Position numbers and translations under genes: made by a program. A stretch of 64,000 nt of DNA, from assembly GCA_030704615.1 (NCBI GenBank), contig CM060732.1, positions 13,640,001 to 13,704,000 of the forward strand, in the 5' to 3' direction. This document shows positions 25,501-39,039 of this stretch, one piece after another (the stretch's first letter is position 1; each line of letters starts with the position of its first letter). The notes under the pieces are model-generated. The model did not search any database. It was not told the origin of the DNA and saw only the letters and a list, made by a program, of their open reading frames with translations. Origin of the DNA: Takakia lepidozioides (lineage: Eukaryota; Plantae; Bryophyta).

Positions 25501-25859
25501 GGAGTTGTTAAGGAACTCAGAGGTGAAAGCAGGCCGCACCCAGTACTGGCTTACCCTGGACACCATGGTCGAATACATCTATTTGGTGAGATTCAGCCCT
25601 CTTTCCGGTTAGTGCCCTTGCATGTTACTGTCTTTTGACCACCTAGATCCCTAACCAATTGCTTGCATTCGCACTATAGAGCTCCATAAAAGAGAACTTG
25701 GTCTATACAAAACGAAAATCATTGAGAGTGAGATCCCCAATAAGACCCAGGCCCTCATCCGGGATGCCATCGTCCTTGCAGGCAGCGGTCGCGAACCAAG
25801 TACAGATCCAAAGTTGTCAAGTCTATAGCGATCCCTGACCCAAGCCTAGGAGACGATAT

Positions 25860-28800
25860 TGTCAGAGGCTTTGATGCGCGCGCCTAACTTCCAAACTGGC
25901 CGCCGGGCCAACTCGGAGCTTCGGCTGCTCACCGGGACATAACGGTCCCCCTTTGCTCCTCCAAAAGACCCTCCACCAATTTGGGCCTAGCGGAAATTCC
26001 CTTTGGTAGATGGCAGTCCGGAATAGCTCCCCATTCCTTGGTCGCTTTCCGGCTTGCTCGCTCACTCACTAGTTTTTGGTCACCAACGAGCTTGCACCGT
26101 TCTCGGGGTTACTACTCCCTATATATACTTCTATAACTGTCCGCGGGGGTTTCACAAACAACACCATCCTTTTATGGCGAACCACCACGAAGACCCTCGA
26201 CTCCCGGTGATGAGTCGCGTTGAGTCTTGGCCCACCCACCACGGCCCCATTGGACCGTGATGAGTCCCAAGACTCCCCACGACTCCCACCACAAGGTCTC
26301 CGCCCCATGGTGAGTCTTATGTCACCCCCACTAAGACCTACTAAGCTACCACCACCCCTCGTGGAACCACCCCCACCGCAACCCGATGCGCGGGGCTCCA
26401 CCTAGTGAGCGCCTCCGCCTCTTTGAGCGCCTTGGGCACTCAAGGGTGCTTCAGCCCCCGTACCTATTGTTGCCACTGCCCCCACCACAGGGGCAGCCCC
26501 TCTTGTGTCCCGACCCCCTGCCCTCAAGGCAAAGGGCCGCGACACACACCCCTATCAGCAGGGAGTCGATGTCCTCATCGACTTGTCCATTTTGTAGAAA
26601 CTAACATCCAAGTTGTGGCGTCCCACATCAAGGAGTTTGTTCCCGTACCATGGCATCCCATGGCAAAGAACCAAACCCCCACTTGACTCTACTCTCCACT
26701 AGCTAGTTCGGCCGACTTCCTCCAAGTCATGGCCAAGGGTGGAGCCTCTCAAGCTCCTCCCAGTGCACTCTTCTTAGCCTACTTCAAGGCCAAGGAACGA
26801 TCCTCCCCGAGGATCAAATCGCCTTACTGCAACAACATTGCTTGCGACCGCTCATGATGCCGCTTTTGGCATCAGCTTGAGCAAGGGTTCATCTTGAACC
26901 CTTTTTTACTAGGAAGATAACCTTGAACCAACCGTGCGCCCCAATCACTACAATTGGTCCGCCTTGGAATGCTGGCCTGAGGTACGGGAACACGCCGAAA
27001 CCGCACTACGACTTCGTCCCGAGGCTACACGATTATAGTACGTGAATGGAAGCACTTAGCTTCCGCGTTAGCCCGCACTACAAGGCAACCCCCTCGGTAG
27101 CGCAGTTATAGTATGCGCACGCACCAGGTGCGCACTAGCACGTGAATTCCCAAAGAAGGCGCAAGTTACCTTGCCCCTTAGATGGGATTCACCCGATTTC
27201 GGCACTACGCAAACACACGATTAATCCAATTTACCTCTACCACTTTTGTAAGTTAGCATACATTCTACACACTAGCCAACCATACCATGCATCACCATTC
27301 CAAACAAAATAGGACACACGACATTTGGAAACCATTTCATTTATAACAAAATTTGTACAACACAAGTTTTTGCAATCGGATTCCTGAGCTAGCTAAGCCG
27401 GACTAAGCATGCATTTCCTCCCCTACGCTCCAAGGTTGATGTCCCCATCAACGCTTCTTCCGCTTTTGAGGTCGCCCTTCGAAAGCTGCAACCGCCTCGG
27501 ATGCGTTTCTCATTTCTGAGGTACGCACCCAAGATGCCTCCACATGATGATAGCCCTTCCATTTCACGAGATACTCCGTTTCTCGATTCTTAAATCTCCT
27601 CGACTTAAGCATTGCCTCCACCTCGTACTCAGGTTCATTTTCATGATTCAACAGCACAGGTGGCGGACGCAACATTTGATGCTGATTCGGACGCGCTTAA
27701 TCTTTGAAGTAAGGCTTCAAAAGGGAGACGTGGAATACCGGATGCACCTTGCTATTTTCCGGCAGCTCCAATTCATACACATCCTCATTCATAACCTTCC
27801 GGATGCGAAAGGGTCCCGCATACGGAGGTACGAACTTCGGACTCACTTCCGGAGGTAGTCGGAAATTCTTGATGTTCAACCAGACCTCCGTGCCTGCCTC
27901 AAACTTAACTTCCCTCCGCTTCCGATTCACCTGTCGTTCATACCGTTTCCTAGCTTTGGCAATGTTGTACTTTGCGAGCTTCAACAAACGCTCGAGTTCT
28001 TCCAGCACCACTACTGTTGTCGGTTCCTCAACGTCTTGGGCGGCCCAACTTGTCGGCACCAGAGGTGCTTTCCATATACCAATACGAAAGGGGAAACTCC
28101 CGATGCGGAGTGTTTTGTGTTATTATAACAGAACTCTGCCGCATCCAAGTGCTCCACCCAGTCCGATTGGTCTGTCGACACGTAATTCCGCAAGATCTGT
28201 TTCACCATGGAATTAACCATTTCCGTTTGGCCGTCCGTCGTATGTCGGAAGGCGGTGCTCATCTTGAGCCCCGTCCCCATTTTCTTTCAAAGTGCCCTCC
28301 AAAATTTACTTGTAAACTTTGGATCGCGGTCCGAGACAATATCCTTCAGGAGTCCATGATGCTTGAAGACGTGGGCGAAGTAAAGTCGCCCCGTCTCCTA
28401 CGCCGTTGCCATCTCCTTGGTGGGGATGACCAAGGGATGAAATGGCCCATTTTACTGAACCTATCTACCACCACCATGATTGCATCGAATCCTTTTGACA
28501 GCGGCATAGCAGTCATGAAATCCATCGAGACACTTTCCCAGGACCCCTCTGGAATCGGCAAGGGTTGTAACAGCCCCGCTTGCTTTTTGTACTCGCTCCG
28601 GTTTTGTTGGCATGTGGTGCATGTCTTGACATACTCCTCGGCCTCATCCCTCAGTTTGGGCCAGAAATATTCTTTCTTCAAGAGTGCCGCGGTGCGCTTA
28701 GCTCCGCCGTGGCCCACAAGCGGGCCATCATGGCATTCTCTCAAGAGACTATCTCTGATCCCTCCCTTCGGCACGTAGAGTCGTTTTTGCTTGTACCGGA

Positions 28801-30921
28801 GCAGTCCATTTTGCAAGTGGAACTGCGATTTAATCCCCATCCTTAAGTCCCGCATCACGGACTTCGCCGTCTCATCCTTCCAGTAAGCCTTCTGGATCTT
28901 CCTTTGGAGCGTCATCTTGCCCCTGTACACCAACATGAGCTGTTGTTTTCTACTTAAAGCATCGGCCACCACATTGTCCCGTCCCGGTTTGTACAGGATA
29001 TCCACGTCGAACACCGCCAAAGTGTCTTGCCACCTAAGTTGTTTTGGGGACAACTTAGGCTGCGTGGCAAAATACTTCACCGTGACATTGTCCGTGAACA
29101 CCTTCACCGAGTTGGAACCAACATAGTGGCGCCAAAGCTCAAGGCAATGCACCACCGCCTTCATTTCTTTCTCGTGCGTAGGCCATCTTCGCTCCACTTC
29201 ATTCAATTTCTTACTTTCGTAAGTCACTGGACGTCCATCCTGCATAAGCACACCTCCAATTGCGAAGTCCGACGCATCCGTATGAATCTCAAATGGACGG
29301 TCGAACTCCGGGATTTTAAGAACTGGAGCTTCCGCCATCCGCTGCTTCAACTCGGCAAAAGCTTGGCCACAAAAGGTGTTCCATACCCAGACTTTGGACT
29401 TACACAAGAGGTCTGACAGCGGCCCCGCGATCTTAACGAAATTTCTCACATACTTCTGATAATAGGAGGCGAGTCCCAGGAAGGATCGCACTCCCGGGAC
29501 CGAAGTCGGAGGCTCCCAGTCCAAGATCGCCCTCACCTTTCTGTCATCCATTTTGATCCCATCATGTGTAATCACATGCCCCAGGAACTCCACTTTTGTG
29601 ACCCCGAATTTGCACTTTGAAGCTTTGGCATACAGCTTCCCTTCGGATTTCTGGAACACCCTTTTGAGGTGCTCCAGGTCCTCCTCCTTTGTTTTCGAGT
29701 ACACCAAGATGTCGTCGATGTACACGATCACAAAGTCGTCCAACCACTCCTGAAAAAGGCTGTTCATTAGCGTGCTAAAAGTCGCGGGTGCGTTGGTGAG
29801 CCCAAAAGGCATCACCAAGAACTCATATGAACCATATGTTGTCCTGCACGCAGTCTTTTCCTCATCTCCTTCCGCCACTCGGATTTGATGATAGCCGGAG
29901 CGCAAATCGATCCGGCTGAAATACTTCACTCCTGCCAACCGATCGAAGAGGTCGTCGATCCTTGGCAAATGGTACCGGTTTTTTATAGTCACCTTATTCA
30001 GAGCCTTGTAATCGACACACATCCGCAGCGTCCCATCCTTATTGTCTGCGAATAGCACCGGGGCTCCGTAGGATGACTTACTTGGCCGGATGTACCCCTT
30101 TGACATTAGATCCTTGAGCTGAGTCTTCAGCTCGACCAACTCTCTGTGGCTTAACCGGTAGGGCACTTTGGCAGGCGGCTCCGATCCCGGTATCACCTCA
30201 ATCTTGTGGTCAACTCCTCTTCGCGGTGGCAAGCTGCTCGGTAAATCCTCTGGCATCACATCCTGGTATTTCTCCAAATCCCCTTGATCCAATCTAGGCT
30301 CGGCTCCCTATCGCCGTCCCCCTTCACTTGTCTTACGTAAAGCAAAAATTGGGGCTCATGTGGCTCCTCCACGGCCCACTCCTTTGCTGTCAGCAGGTTT
30401 ATTCGTCCTCCCACTGGGTTGGGCATTTCCGACACTCGTAAAACTTCTCCACCATTCCCACACGGCAGCGTGACTACTCTTTTGCGGCCATCTATGACTG
30501 CTCCCGATTTGCTCAAAACGGTCATCCCCAAAATGAGATCCACTCCATCGATCTCGCAAATGGTGAAGTTCTCACGTCCCTCCCAACTCCCCAGCTGAAG
30601 AGGAACATCGAACGCCAACCTCGTCACCAGTTGTGGCTCTCCTTTGGCATAACGCACTTCAATAGAGGCCCCCACATCATTTGTCGGGAGCCCCAACTTT
30701 CGTGCCGTTGCTGGTGTCATGAAGGAGTGCGACGCTCCTGTGTCCACCAACAACGACACGTTAGTTCCGGAAATTATCCCACTCACGAACAATATCTGAC
30801 TCCATTTAGGCAAGGAGCCAGTCTCCTAACTCAAAAGAGTAGTTGCCTACCTTGCAAGTCTTGGCAACCACCGCTTCCACCAAGCGGCTGATGGAATCTT
30901 CGGACAGCTCTGTGGTTGCCC
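25860..30921 (-). mobile_element. 3' part of Ty3/Gypsy chromovirus (PR-RT-RH-INT-chromodomain, PPT, 3' LTR ~25860-27413)
   Basis: Protease 30256-30813. Pol 28346-30292 ([17 protein letters not shown] zinc finger, SMDF...VVVDRFSK). Integrase tail with GPF motif at 27697-28280. PPT gtaggggaggaaa at 27414-27426 followed by TG. Frameshifted; gag lost at 30921. Confidence 0.95.
27448..27675 (-). CDS. Chromodomain at the C-terminus of retrotransposon integrase
   Basis: EYEVEAMLKSRR...EYLVKWKGYHHVEASW, the chromodomain aromatic pattern. Confidence 0.9.
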   Translation of the reverse strand: MLRPPPVLLNHENEPEYEVEAMLKSRRFKNRETEYLVKWKGYHHVEASWVRTSEMRNASEAVAAFEGRPQKRKKR

Positions 30922-33030
30922 GTCCCCAACATTTTTTTTGTTTTTTTTTTGTTTGGTTTCCTGATCTCTCCCTCTCTCTCCCTCTCTCTCCCTCTCTCCA
31001 ACTACTTGTTTGGGATTATCAAATTTTTTCCATAATACTTATTTTGGAAATACTATATATTTTTAATCCCTGATGGAATTTTTAAGGTTTCATCCATACT
31101 GGATGAAATTTTTGTTATAACCATAACTGGATGATTTATAGGCATATATGCATTTCAATGCATTTTAGGTTTATGCTCCTTTGATTTAAACCTATTGAAT
31201 GCCCATTTTTCATCCCGGTCTGATATCATCCATACCGGATGGTAGATGAAATCGCGGGAGGTTTTCCTTAAGTGTCTCTCTGCCCTAGACACATTACGAT
31301 ATCGTGCGTGTTTTTTTCTCTGGAAGAGGGCGATGGCAGACGAATGCTCGAGCAGCAAGATCCGAGCGGGTGTGTTCTTGTTTTTGGAACGCGCGATGAC
31401 GGCAGGCACTTTCATCTCCCGCGATGGCAAATGACATACTGTTGTGTTTGCCTACGTTTTTCCTCATTGATGAAGCACGGTTATGGAGGTGGGGAAGCGG
31501 CCTGTATTATCAAGATACAACCTATCCTCAACTCTCCTCCCGTTGCATTCTGTTGTGCTCGTTCAAATTCAGATGATGGACACCGCAGCGTCCTACTCCA
31601 CAAAAGATTGAGGTTCTTTGTGGTGTCACATCTATGCTTTCTTCTGTTGGTTCTGTGATCTTTGCATGCTTTATGGCTCATACCTAACATGGATAGCAAC
31701 TGTGAAATCCTGTAATTCACCTCGGGCATCCTCACTAACGCACAAAACATTTTTTGTGTTTGTTTTTGGGACGGGCGCAGGTGAGGGATTTCACTTGGCA
31801 TGAACTCTTTGGCTTGCAGATGATCTGGTTACTGCAGGAGGGATAAGATATGCTGCAAGCTGCCGTTGTTGCAATTTTCTGCTTCAAAGCTGCTTCAAGG
31901 GGGATATGCCTTAAACCTTTACTTTGATTTCTGGTTCTTGGTAACCAAATTTGTTAAGTCAGGGAAGTAAATGGGCTGGGCCTCCTAGAAATCAGACCTT
32001 ATTGTGAAGGTTCGGGCTAGTTGTGATGACAAGGGTTTGGTGGTGTAAGTGTGACATTGGATGCATTTTTCTAGACCTGTTTTCTGGCCTTTTGGAGAGT
32101 CAGATAGTGTTGTTTATGCCTCACCAGTTTAGAATGTATTAAGTAAGGCATTGGGTAAGCCTTTTTAAGAACACATACATTCTTTCAAGCTCCCCCATGG
32201 AGATTATAACCTGATTACAGACTGGTATTTTTGAGGATCTCTCTAAAACTTGGCAGTATTTTGGATAAGGCCCTGGGATACATACCCTAGCCCTTCATCT
32301 ACTAATGGAAGTACAATCAGTTCAGCTTGTGCTTTTAGGAACATACAAGTCCTTTAAAGCTGTAATAGGGAATTGTTTCATCAAAGCCCTCACTCTTAGG
32401 CTTGCTGGAATGGTTTTCTCAAAGACCTGTTGAGCTTACAACATACTTGTTTAAGCTATTTGAACCCTGGAATTACCAAGCCAGTATTTTTGAAGGGCTT
32501 TTTTTTATTACAAACTGTATTCTTAAGCTCCCCCCAGAGATTGGGAATGTGACATGGTAATGACTTACGGGTTTTTGTATGATCATCACAGCATTTGCCC
32601 TATGTTTGGTTGTTGTAAGCCACTGGAACACTTACAGCTCTTATTTAAAACTCAGTATGTTTGAAATAAAGTGGTTCAGACTTTGATTGATTGACTGTAT
32701 GCAAACGTGCATATATTCTTCAGAACCCTACAGGCTCATGCTATGTGTTTGTTTTTTCAAAAGACCCCACCCTCCCACCCTATGATTTCAAGAACTTTGA
32801 AATCCAGTCTCTTTTATTTAAGATGAACTATTTATGGAGGGGAAGTGTTAACATGATGATATAAGGGGATACCTTGTAATTTAAGGATTTTTTTTCTGGG
32901 ATTGTACATGTAAGGAGATGTTTGACAATGCCTTGTAATGAGGCTGCTATGTCATTTTTCTTGACAATGACTTTTACTAAGTCTTGTCTATGTCTTGACA
33001 TGACATGAATATCTTCCCTCTCTTTTAAGC
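30922..33030. repeat. Module of an unclassified dispersed repeat family
   Basis: 30922-31930 resembles 54461-55400 (shared cctcactaacgcacaaaacat...ggacgggcgcaggtgaggga). 32760-33030 resembles 52255-52440. Confidence 0.75.
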
Positions 33031-34068
33031 TCCCAACTAGATGAGTTCAAGGTCAGATGGTGGGGTCAGCTGCAACATATGTTCAACACCAGATATCCTA
33101 AGTTAATCGACTCTATATCTTGGAAACATGACCGCCCACCGACCTGTCAAACAGGCTAAGTCCTGGCAGAAGACAGTAGAAGAGATTCTCAAGGACCTGG
33201 ACCTAGAACCGCAAGTCTTCACCCTGTTGGATAAATCTGACTTAGAGGCTGTAGTGTCCAACCATGTCTGTTGCCATGAGATTGTCTGATGAAAATGAAG
33301 TTAGGCAAAAAACTTCCCTGAACTTGTTTCCAGTAAGTGACATGGGGGAGGAGGTCTTGGATGACCTCAAGGGTCTACCCACTCTCGGCACTAGACTGAA
33401 ATTTAAACTCAGGGAAAAGCCCAGCCCCTTCTGAGGCCTAGTTTTTGGGCAAACTACCAACGTCAGCCCCTGACAGAGGTAGGATCTGTCCCTTTTGTTT
33501 CCCTAAGAGAGGGGGCAACAAAGAAAAAAAAAGAATGCAGGGGTGGGAGTGACTGAGCAGCTGCTCAGTCACTCCCACCCCCACCTTCTTTTCTTTTCTT
33601 TGCTGCCCCCTGATGTCCTCTCTCACTCTGTCCCTCTCTGTCCCTCTCTTCTGTGCTGCTCTCTTTTAAGCTCCCGACAAGATAAATTCAAGGTCAGATG
33701 GTGGGTTCAGCTGTAACATATGTCCAACACCAGATATCCTAAGTTAATCGACTCTATATCTTGGAAACAGGACCGCCCTGTCAAATAGGATAAGCCCTGG
33801 GAGAAGAGAGTAGAAGAGATTCTCATGGATTTGAATCTGGACCCGCAAGTCTTGACCTTGCGGGATAAACCTGACTTAGAGAGTCTAGTGTCCAAAGCCA
33901 TGTCTGTTACCAGAAAATTGTCCGATGAAAATGAAGTCAGGAAGAAAACTTCCCTGAACCTGTTTCCAGTCTGTGACATGGGGGAGGACATCATGGATGC
34001 GCTCAAGGGTCTATCCACTCTTGGCACCAGACCTAAATTTAAACTCAGGGCAAGAAAACTACCCTTGA
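33019..34068 (+). repeat. ~410-bp direct repeat pair (33019-33430 and 33659-34068) separated by a 42-bp perfect palindrome
   Basis: Both copies begin ctcttttaagctccc. Palindrome ggggtgggagtgactgagcag|ctgctcagtcactcccacccc at 33540-33581. Confidence 0.85.
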
Positions 34069-35203
34069 ACAGTAAACAGAAGCAGAGAGGAAATGGACAG
34101 TGCAATTTCCCTGACGTGCCTCTGCTGCTGGTGCTGGTGCTTGAAGCGAGCTGGCGCGGCGAGCTGCTGCGGTGCTGTCGCGGCTGCCAACGGCGTGGGT
34201 CCCCGACGCTGCAAGGCGTCTCTCCCCCGCTCACCACGGCTCTTTCTCTCTCTTCAGCTCGTTTAGGTTGCGCCTCTGCGCGGCGTTCCTACCACACATG
34301 GAGAGAGACATCAGCCCATGCTTAGGGCAAAGAAGCAAGAGAGAAAGTGAGGGAGGAGGCGGTGCTTACCTTGGACGTTGGAGCGGCGTTGGGGCAAACT
34401 CCTTGGGGCCTTACGACCACCTCGGGCTCAGCAGCAGGTGCGTCTCCTCCACCCTAAACCCCACTCTCTGAACTCCCTCTCTCCCAAAGAACAAACGAAA
34501 ACGGGAGGGGAAAGAGACGCTTCAAGCACTTAGGGAAAAAAAATGGCGCGGCGCCTACGTGCGACGCCCGGCCATTGCACGCCTGCGCCCGTTTTTTTTT
34601 TGAAATGTAAAAATGATAGTTGCGACGGCCGGCCGTCGTTGCTTGCGACCCCCGGCCCCATAAATTTAAAAAAACACGTCGCCCCCCACGACGGCTTGCC
34701 GTCGCGGGGTGCGACCCCCAAGTAAAAAATTGAAAAAACTCGTCGTCAAATGCGACGTTAGGGTGTTGCAGGAGGCGACGGCCGGCATTTCTGGGTTTAG
34801 GGTTTAGGGCCTTTTGGGTTTCTTAGTTTTTATTTATTTATTTATTTATCATATGGTACTGGGTTAGGGTGTTTGCTTTTCCTTATGGTGTTGGGTTTTG
34901 GATTGGTGGTTTTGGTTGTGGGTCTTGGGGTTAAAAGGATAAACGGTGTAATTAGGATTCACATACCCAAAATGTGGTTCAATCTGATAATCGCAAAGCG
35001 CTGGGTCTCAACAAATTTTTCCATGGTGTGGGCATCCTGAAGATAGAACGAGGGGAAGGATTTTTTGTCTTGGGCTCTAGTACCATAGGGATGCTCCGCA
35101 TTTGGTTACCAATTTTGAAAGCCCCGAGGCTGAGGCATAGGGTTTTTTTGCCAACGGTTTTTGAGAAATGAAAGTGTTGGTGGTGTGTGTTAATTAGGAT
35201 GCG

Positions 35204-36787
35204 ATGGTGAGGAAACATCGACCCGTCTCCCTTGAGGATGGGGAGGTAGTACCACATATCGATTGTGGCCCTAGAGCGACCGTTTTTCGTGGCGAGGAGC
35301 CACCCATTGCACCCGATCCAATACAGGCTGCCGGGCACAACCGTAGAAGGGACCGGGACCAAATTTCAGGTGATGCGGAGGATGTTGACACTCCGGGATC
35401 GAGTCGGGCGCGCCGCGGGTTGCCCCCTCGCGGGCCACCATGTCCAACCACGTCCACCTTTGACCCCCCCGACAGGATTGAGTGTTGGTGCACTAAGTGT
35501 TGGGAACGGATACCGCCGGGCGGCACCAGACCACCGAGGCGGCAACCGCATGTTGTCGAAAAACAGTACAAGAAGAACAAGATTGCGGATGCGGCAAAGG
35601 TGAGTGTTTTTCCCACCCCTCTCATTAACATTCATTTAAGGTACATTTAGGTTTATCTAATAATATAGTAGGATTGGTAAGCATACATGAATCAAAATTA
35701 CGACATAAGTATTGATGCATCGTTCACTACGCACATTGCAGCCACGACTTGATGCCCAAGCTCGCAATCACATTGCACAGGAGGCATTTCGCGCCGGTCT
35801 ACTTGCAGAATTTGTGCCAGAGCATGTGCCCGATGTGACCAGTTGGTTCCCCCAGCAACACGTAGATGAGATGCGTAGGGTCGAGGGGTATCGTAGGTGT
35901 CGTAGGCATTATGGCCGGCGACGAGCAGGCCCACCCCCCCCCCCCCCCCGTCTGTTTCTTTGCTTGATCCACCTCCGGTAGTACCTGATCCGGACGTTGT
36001 ACCCCCAGCTGTACCTCTGACATTACATCCTCAACCACCTCCACTTTCATCTCCTCCGCCAGCAGTACCACCTCCACCTCCACCTCCACGTGCATGTGCC
36101 CCCCGAACCCGTAGGAGGGGTCGGCTTTGCCCTAGGTTTCCTCCCCTTTGGCTTGGGCGGCTTGAGCCGGATCCTCGCCCCCGATGGGAAGCGCATAGGA
36201 CTATGTTACTGAGGACCGTCCAGCCTCGTTGTTGGGGGAATCATCTCGACCCTCCCCCCCCCATCCGAGAAAATGTGGAGTTCGAGTATTGGGGGAGACG
36301 GTATGTTGTGAGAGCCGCTACAGACCCTGCTATGGGTCGGGGTTTATTCACGGTCAATGATATTGTGGTTCTTCCTCGGAGAAACAACATAGTGGACTTG
36401 TTTCCCTACTACGGTCCATACTACACCTCCATGGAGTTCCGTACATTACGCCTCGAAGTCCCATACATCCTACCCTACATTTTGTGTGTCAACGGACAGG
36501 ATGTACGTAGACGGGGGTTGTCTCCCATTGAGATCAGATTTTGTGATGGTGACCCCGACATCTTCGGCAATGTTGCTGGGCTGGTCAATAGTTCTTTTGG
36601 TCATCCTAGGAGAACCAATGTAGTATGGGACGAGCGAAGCGATGGGCATGAGAGCTTTTGTGGTCATACATCAGTATACTGTGAGGGGATGCACATGTTT
36701 GTGATGTCATGTGCTAGTAGGACTATTAGGGCTGGCAGCGAACTATTTGCATCATACGAGTTCTCCCGGGATGATTGGGACCTCTGA
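35204..36787 (+). pseudogene. SET-domain gene (probably disrupted) with an N-terminal CxCxxC motif, in transposon-like context
   Basis: 35960-36787 encodes GRGLF, PYYG, GNVAGLVNSS and RTIRAGSELFASY, the SET motifs I-IV in order. The upstream exon 35204-35599 (ECWCTKC, donor AG|GTGAGT) links through a frameshifted middle part and a poly-C tract. Confidence 0.7.
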
Positions 36788-37761
36788 TTACAGCATGAGT
36801 GGGATGTGTATGATAGAAATAGGGTTCATTTGAGACAGGGATCGCGTAGAGGGGCATTGTAGATATTTTCATGATGTACTTTGTATACATCCGATTAATC
36901 GATTGATGTAAAAAAAAAAATTGTTGCTCGTGTGGGTGCAACTTTGTATATGTGATCTAAACATACTTATGCACATGTGGACCAAATATTAGCTTGAACC
37001 AAGTTGATTCAATGGGTCATTCTAGTGTTGAACGCAGCTACATGTCATAGAGACGGAAAATTGCAGATGATTTTTTTTTTAATTCCATTTTCAAGCCATA
37101 TGCTTAATGATAGCATAGGCAATGTGCGTGCAAAATTTGGGAGTAAACAAAAGTCGTTTGGACCCATAACCAGATTTTGTTCTCTCATTTGCACTCCAAA
37201 GTTGAGTTATCTTCAACTTCATGCATTCTTCATAAAGAGTTATGCAAAAGTGAACCTAGAAACACACTTATTTTTTTTCCATTTTTTTTTGGTCCAATGT
37301 TTTTCATGGATGTAGTGGTGCAAAGCCCGATGTCACAAAACAAAATAGAGCTAAAACAAAAATCATTACGCCCCTCAAAACCGCAATCATATATTTTCTA
37401 AATACAAATATTTATTTTAGATTCATTTAAATTCGATTTAATTCAAAATTGGTGCAAGGGTGAGTGCGTCGTTGGGGAGGCAATTTTTTTTTTTTTTTTT
37501 TTCCGTCTGCTGGATTTTTGTACAGGTGTTGCACACATATTTAAGCACATGTAGGAAAAAATGAGGCTTGAGCCACATCCGTTTGTTGGGTGCAATGGCA
37601 TGAGAGGATTTTCTTTCACATTAACAAACAAAAATTGGTTGATAGGGTGAATGCGTCATTGGGGGGGGCAAATGATTTTGTTTGGGTTTGAAACTTTGCA
37701 TGCGTGTACGTTGCGCACATACATGTAATTATTGAATGACATATTTGATGCACGCACACAT

Positions 37762-38870
37762 TGAAGGTTGTTGTTTGCATTTCTCTTATAATGAAGTGTA
37801 TGGTTGCAAGGACACATTATAATATATGTCCCTATGTTCATTTGTTCGTATCAGGACTTTGTCCATCTCTTCCCGGTCCTTTCTCTTGGCACCCTGTCGA
37901 ACGGCTTTTACTCACCCATCCCTTCACTATCCGAGGTGGAAACTCCAAGATAGAAGAGTTGGATATCTCTAAGCACTCAGCCCGCTCAGTACAATCAGTC
38001 ATGACCTGCAGCTAGTGAATCATGGTTGTGCTTCCCATTTGTATTCCTTCTTGCCTTCATGTTATCAATTTACCTTATCTGATACTGAAGCATCAGATTG
38101 CTTCAGTATCTTCTTAGTTCCAGTTAATCATGCATTCATTTCACAGCTTCACTCATGTCTCTCTACACAGTGTGCTTGTATCGAATAAGTATCAGATTAC
38201 GATTTATCAGGTACTAGGCCAATGTCAAAGTGACTCTAATCCGCCCTACAGTATCACTACAGCTCTGCATGAAATAAACCTCCATCAAGTCATCATCTCA
38301 TCTTCTGTGTAATCGTCATCCCTGTGCTCCAAGATCGTGCCCTCCGTCTGACCTTCTCCCATGATGTCTAAGAAGTGATCCAAGAAGTGATCCCCCAGAA
38401 GTCCCCGCTCTTCACTTTATCTACCTACAAGCTGTTCTAACCGCCTTGCTAACTAACCGTCACCCCTGAAGTAACATATTCCCTCTGCAGATGTTGTTCC
38501 TACACAGTCGTTCCCTGTCCATGTTAACCGTTCCCCCTGTACTGTGACAACTGTGCAAAATTTCGTTGGGCTGTGACTGGCTGTGACGACTGTGACGGCT
38601 ATGCCGGGCTGTGACTGGCTGTGTCGGCTGTGTCGGGCTGTGTTGGTTGTGACGGCTGTGTCGGGCTGTGTAAAGCTGTGGCGGGCTATGTCGGGCTGTG
38701 TAACGCTGTGGCAGGTTGTGTCGGGCTATGTAACCCCCCCCTAAAGCTTGTTGTTATCACCCCTAAGGCTCCTGTTGGTCTCAGTCTGTGTAAAAATTAA
38801 GGGTACCCCACAGAACCTGTAAAAGCGTTAAAGTCCCAAGCAGCCCTCTAACATTTACCCCTCCCCCTCT
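37762..38870 (-). mobile_element. 3' LTR and PPT of a minus-strand LTR retrotransposon (left boundary approximate)
   Basis: Minus strand gaggacacgactttttgagagggggaggggtaaa|TGttag; PPT 38854-38870 and LTR start at 38853. Confidence 0.6.
38540..38732. repeat. Degenerate short tandem repeat (ggctgtgtc/ggctgtgac units) inside the LTR
   Basis: Visible 9-10-bp units such as ctgtgactgg, ctgtgtcggg and ctgtgacgg. Confidence 0.8.
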
Positions 38871-39039
38871 CAAAAAGTCGTGTCCTCACGGTTTACTGCT
38901 TAGGATTAGTAAACATTTGTGATCGAACACCCTTCTGACGGTGAGAGTCTCGTGAAGGACTCCGTGTGCGAGCCCGAGGCCTGTCACTGGTTGACGGAGA
39001 TGATTGAGCACTACCTGGAAATGTCTGTCCCTCCTTTGG

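Noticed and set aside
34793-34809. TTTAGGG telomeric repeat
   Set aside because: Only about two units, so an interstitial telo-box-like tract and not a telomere.
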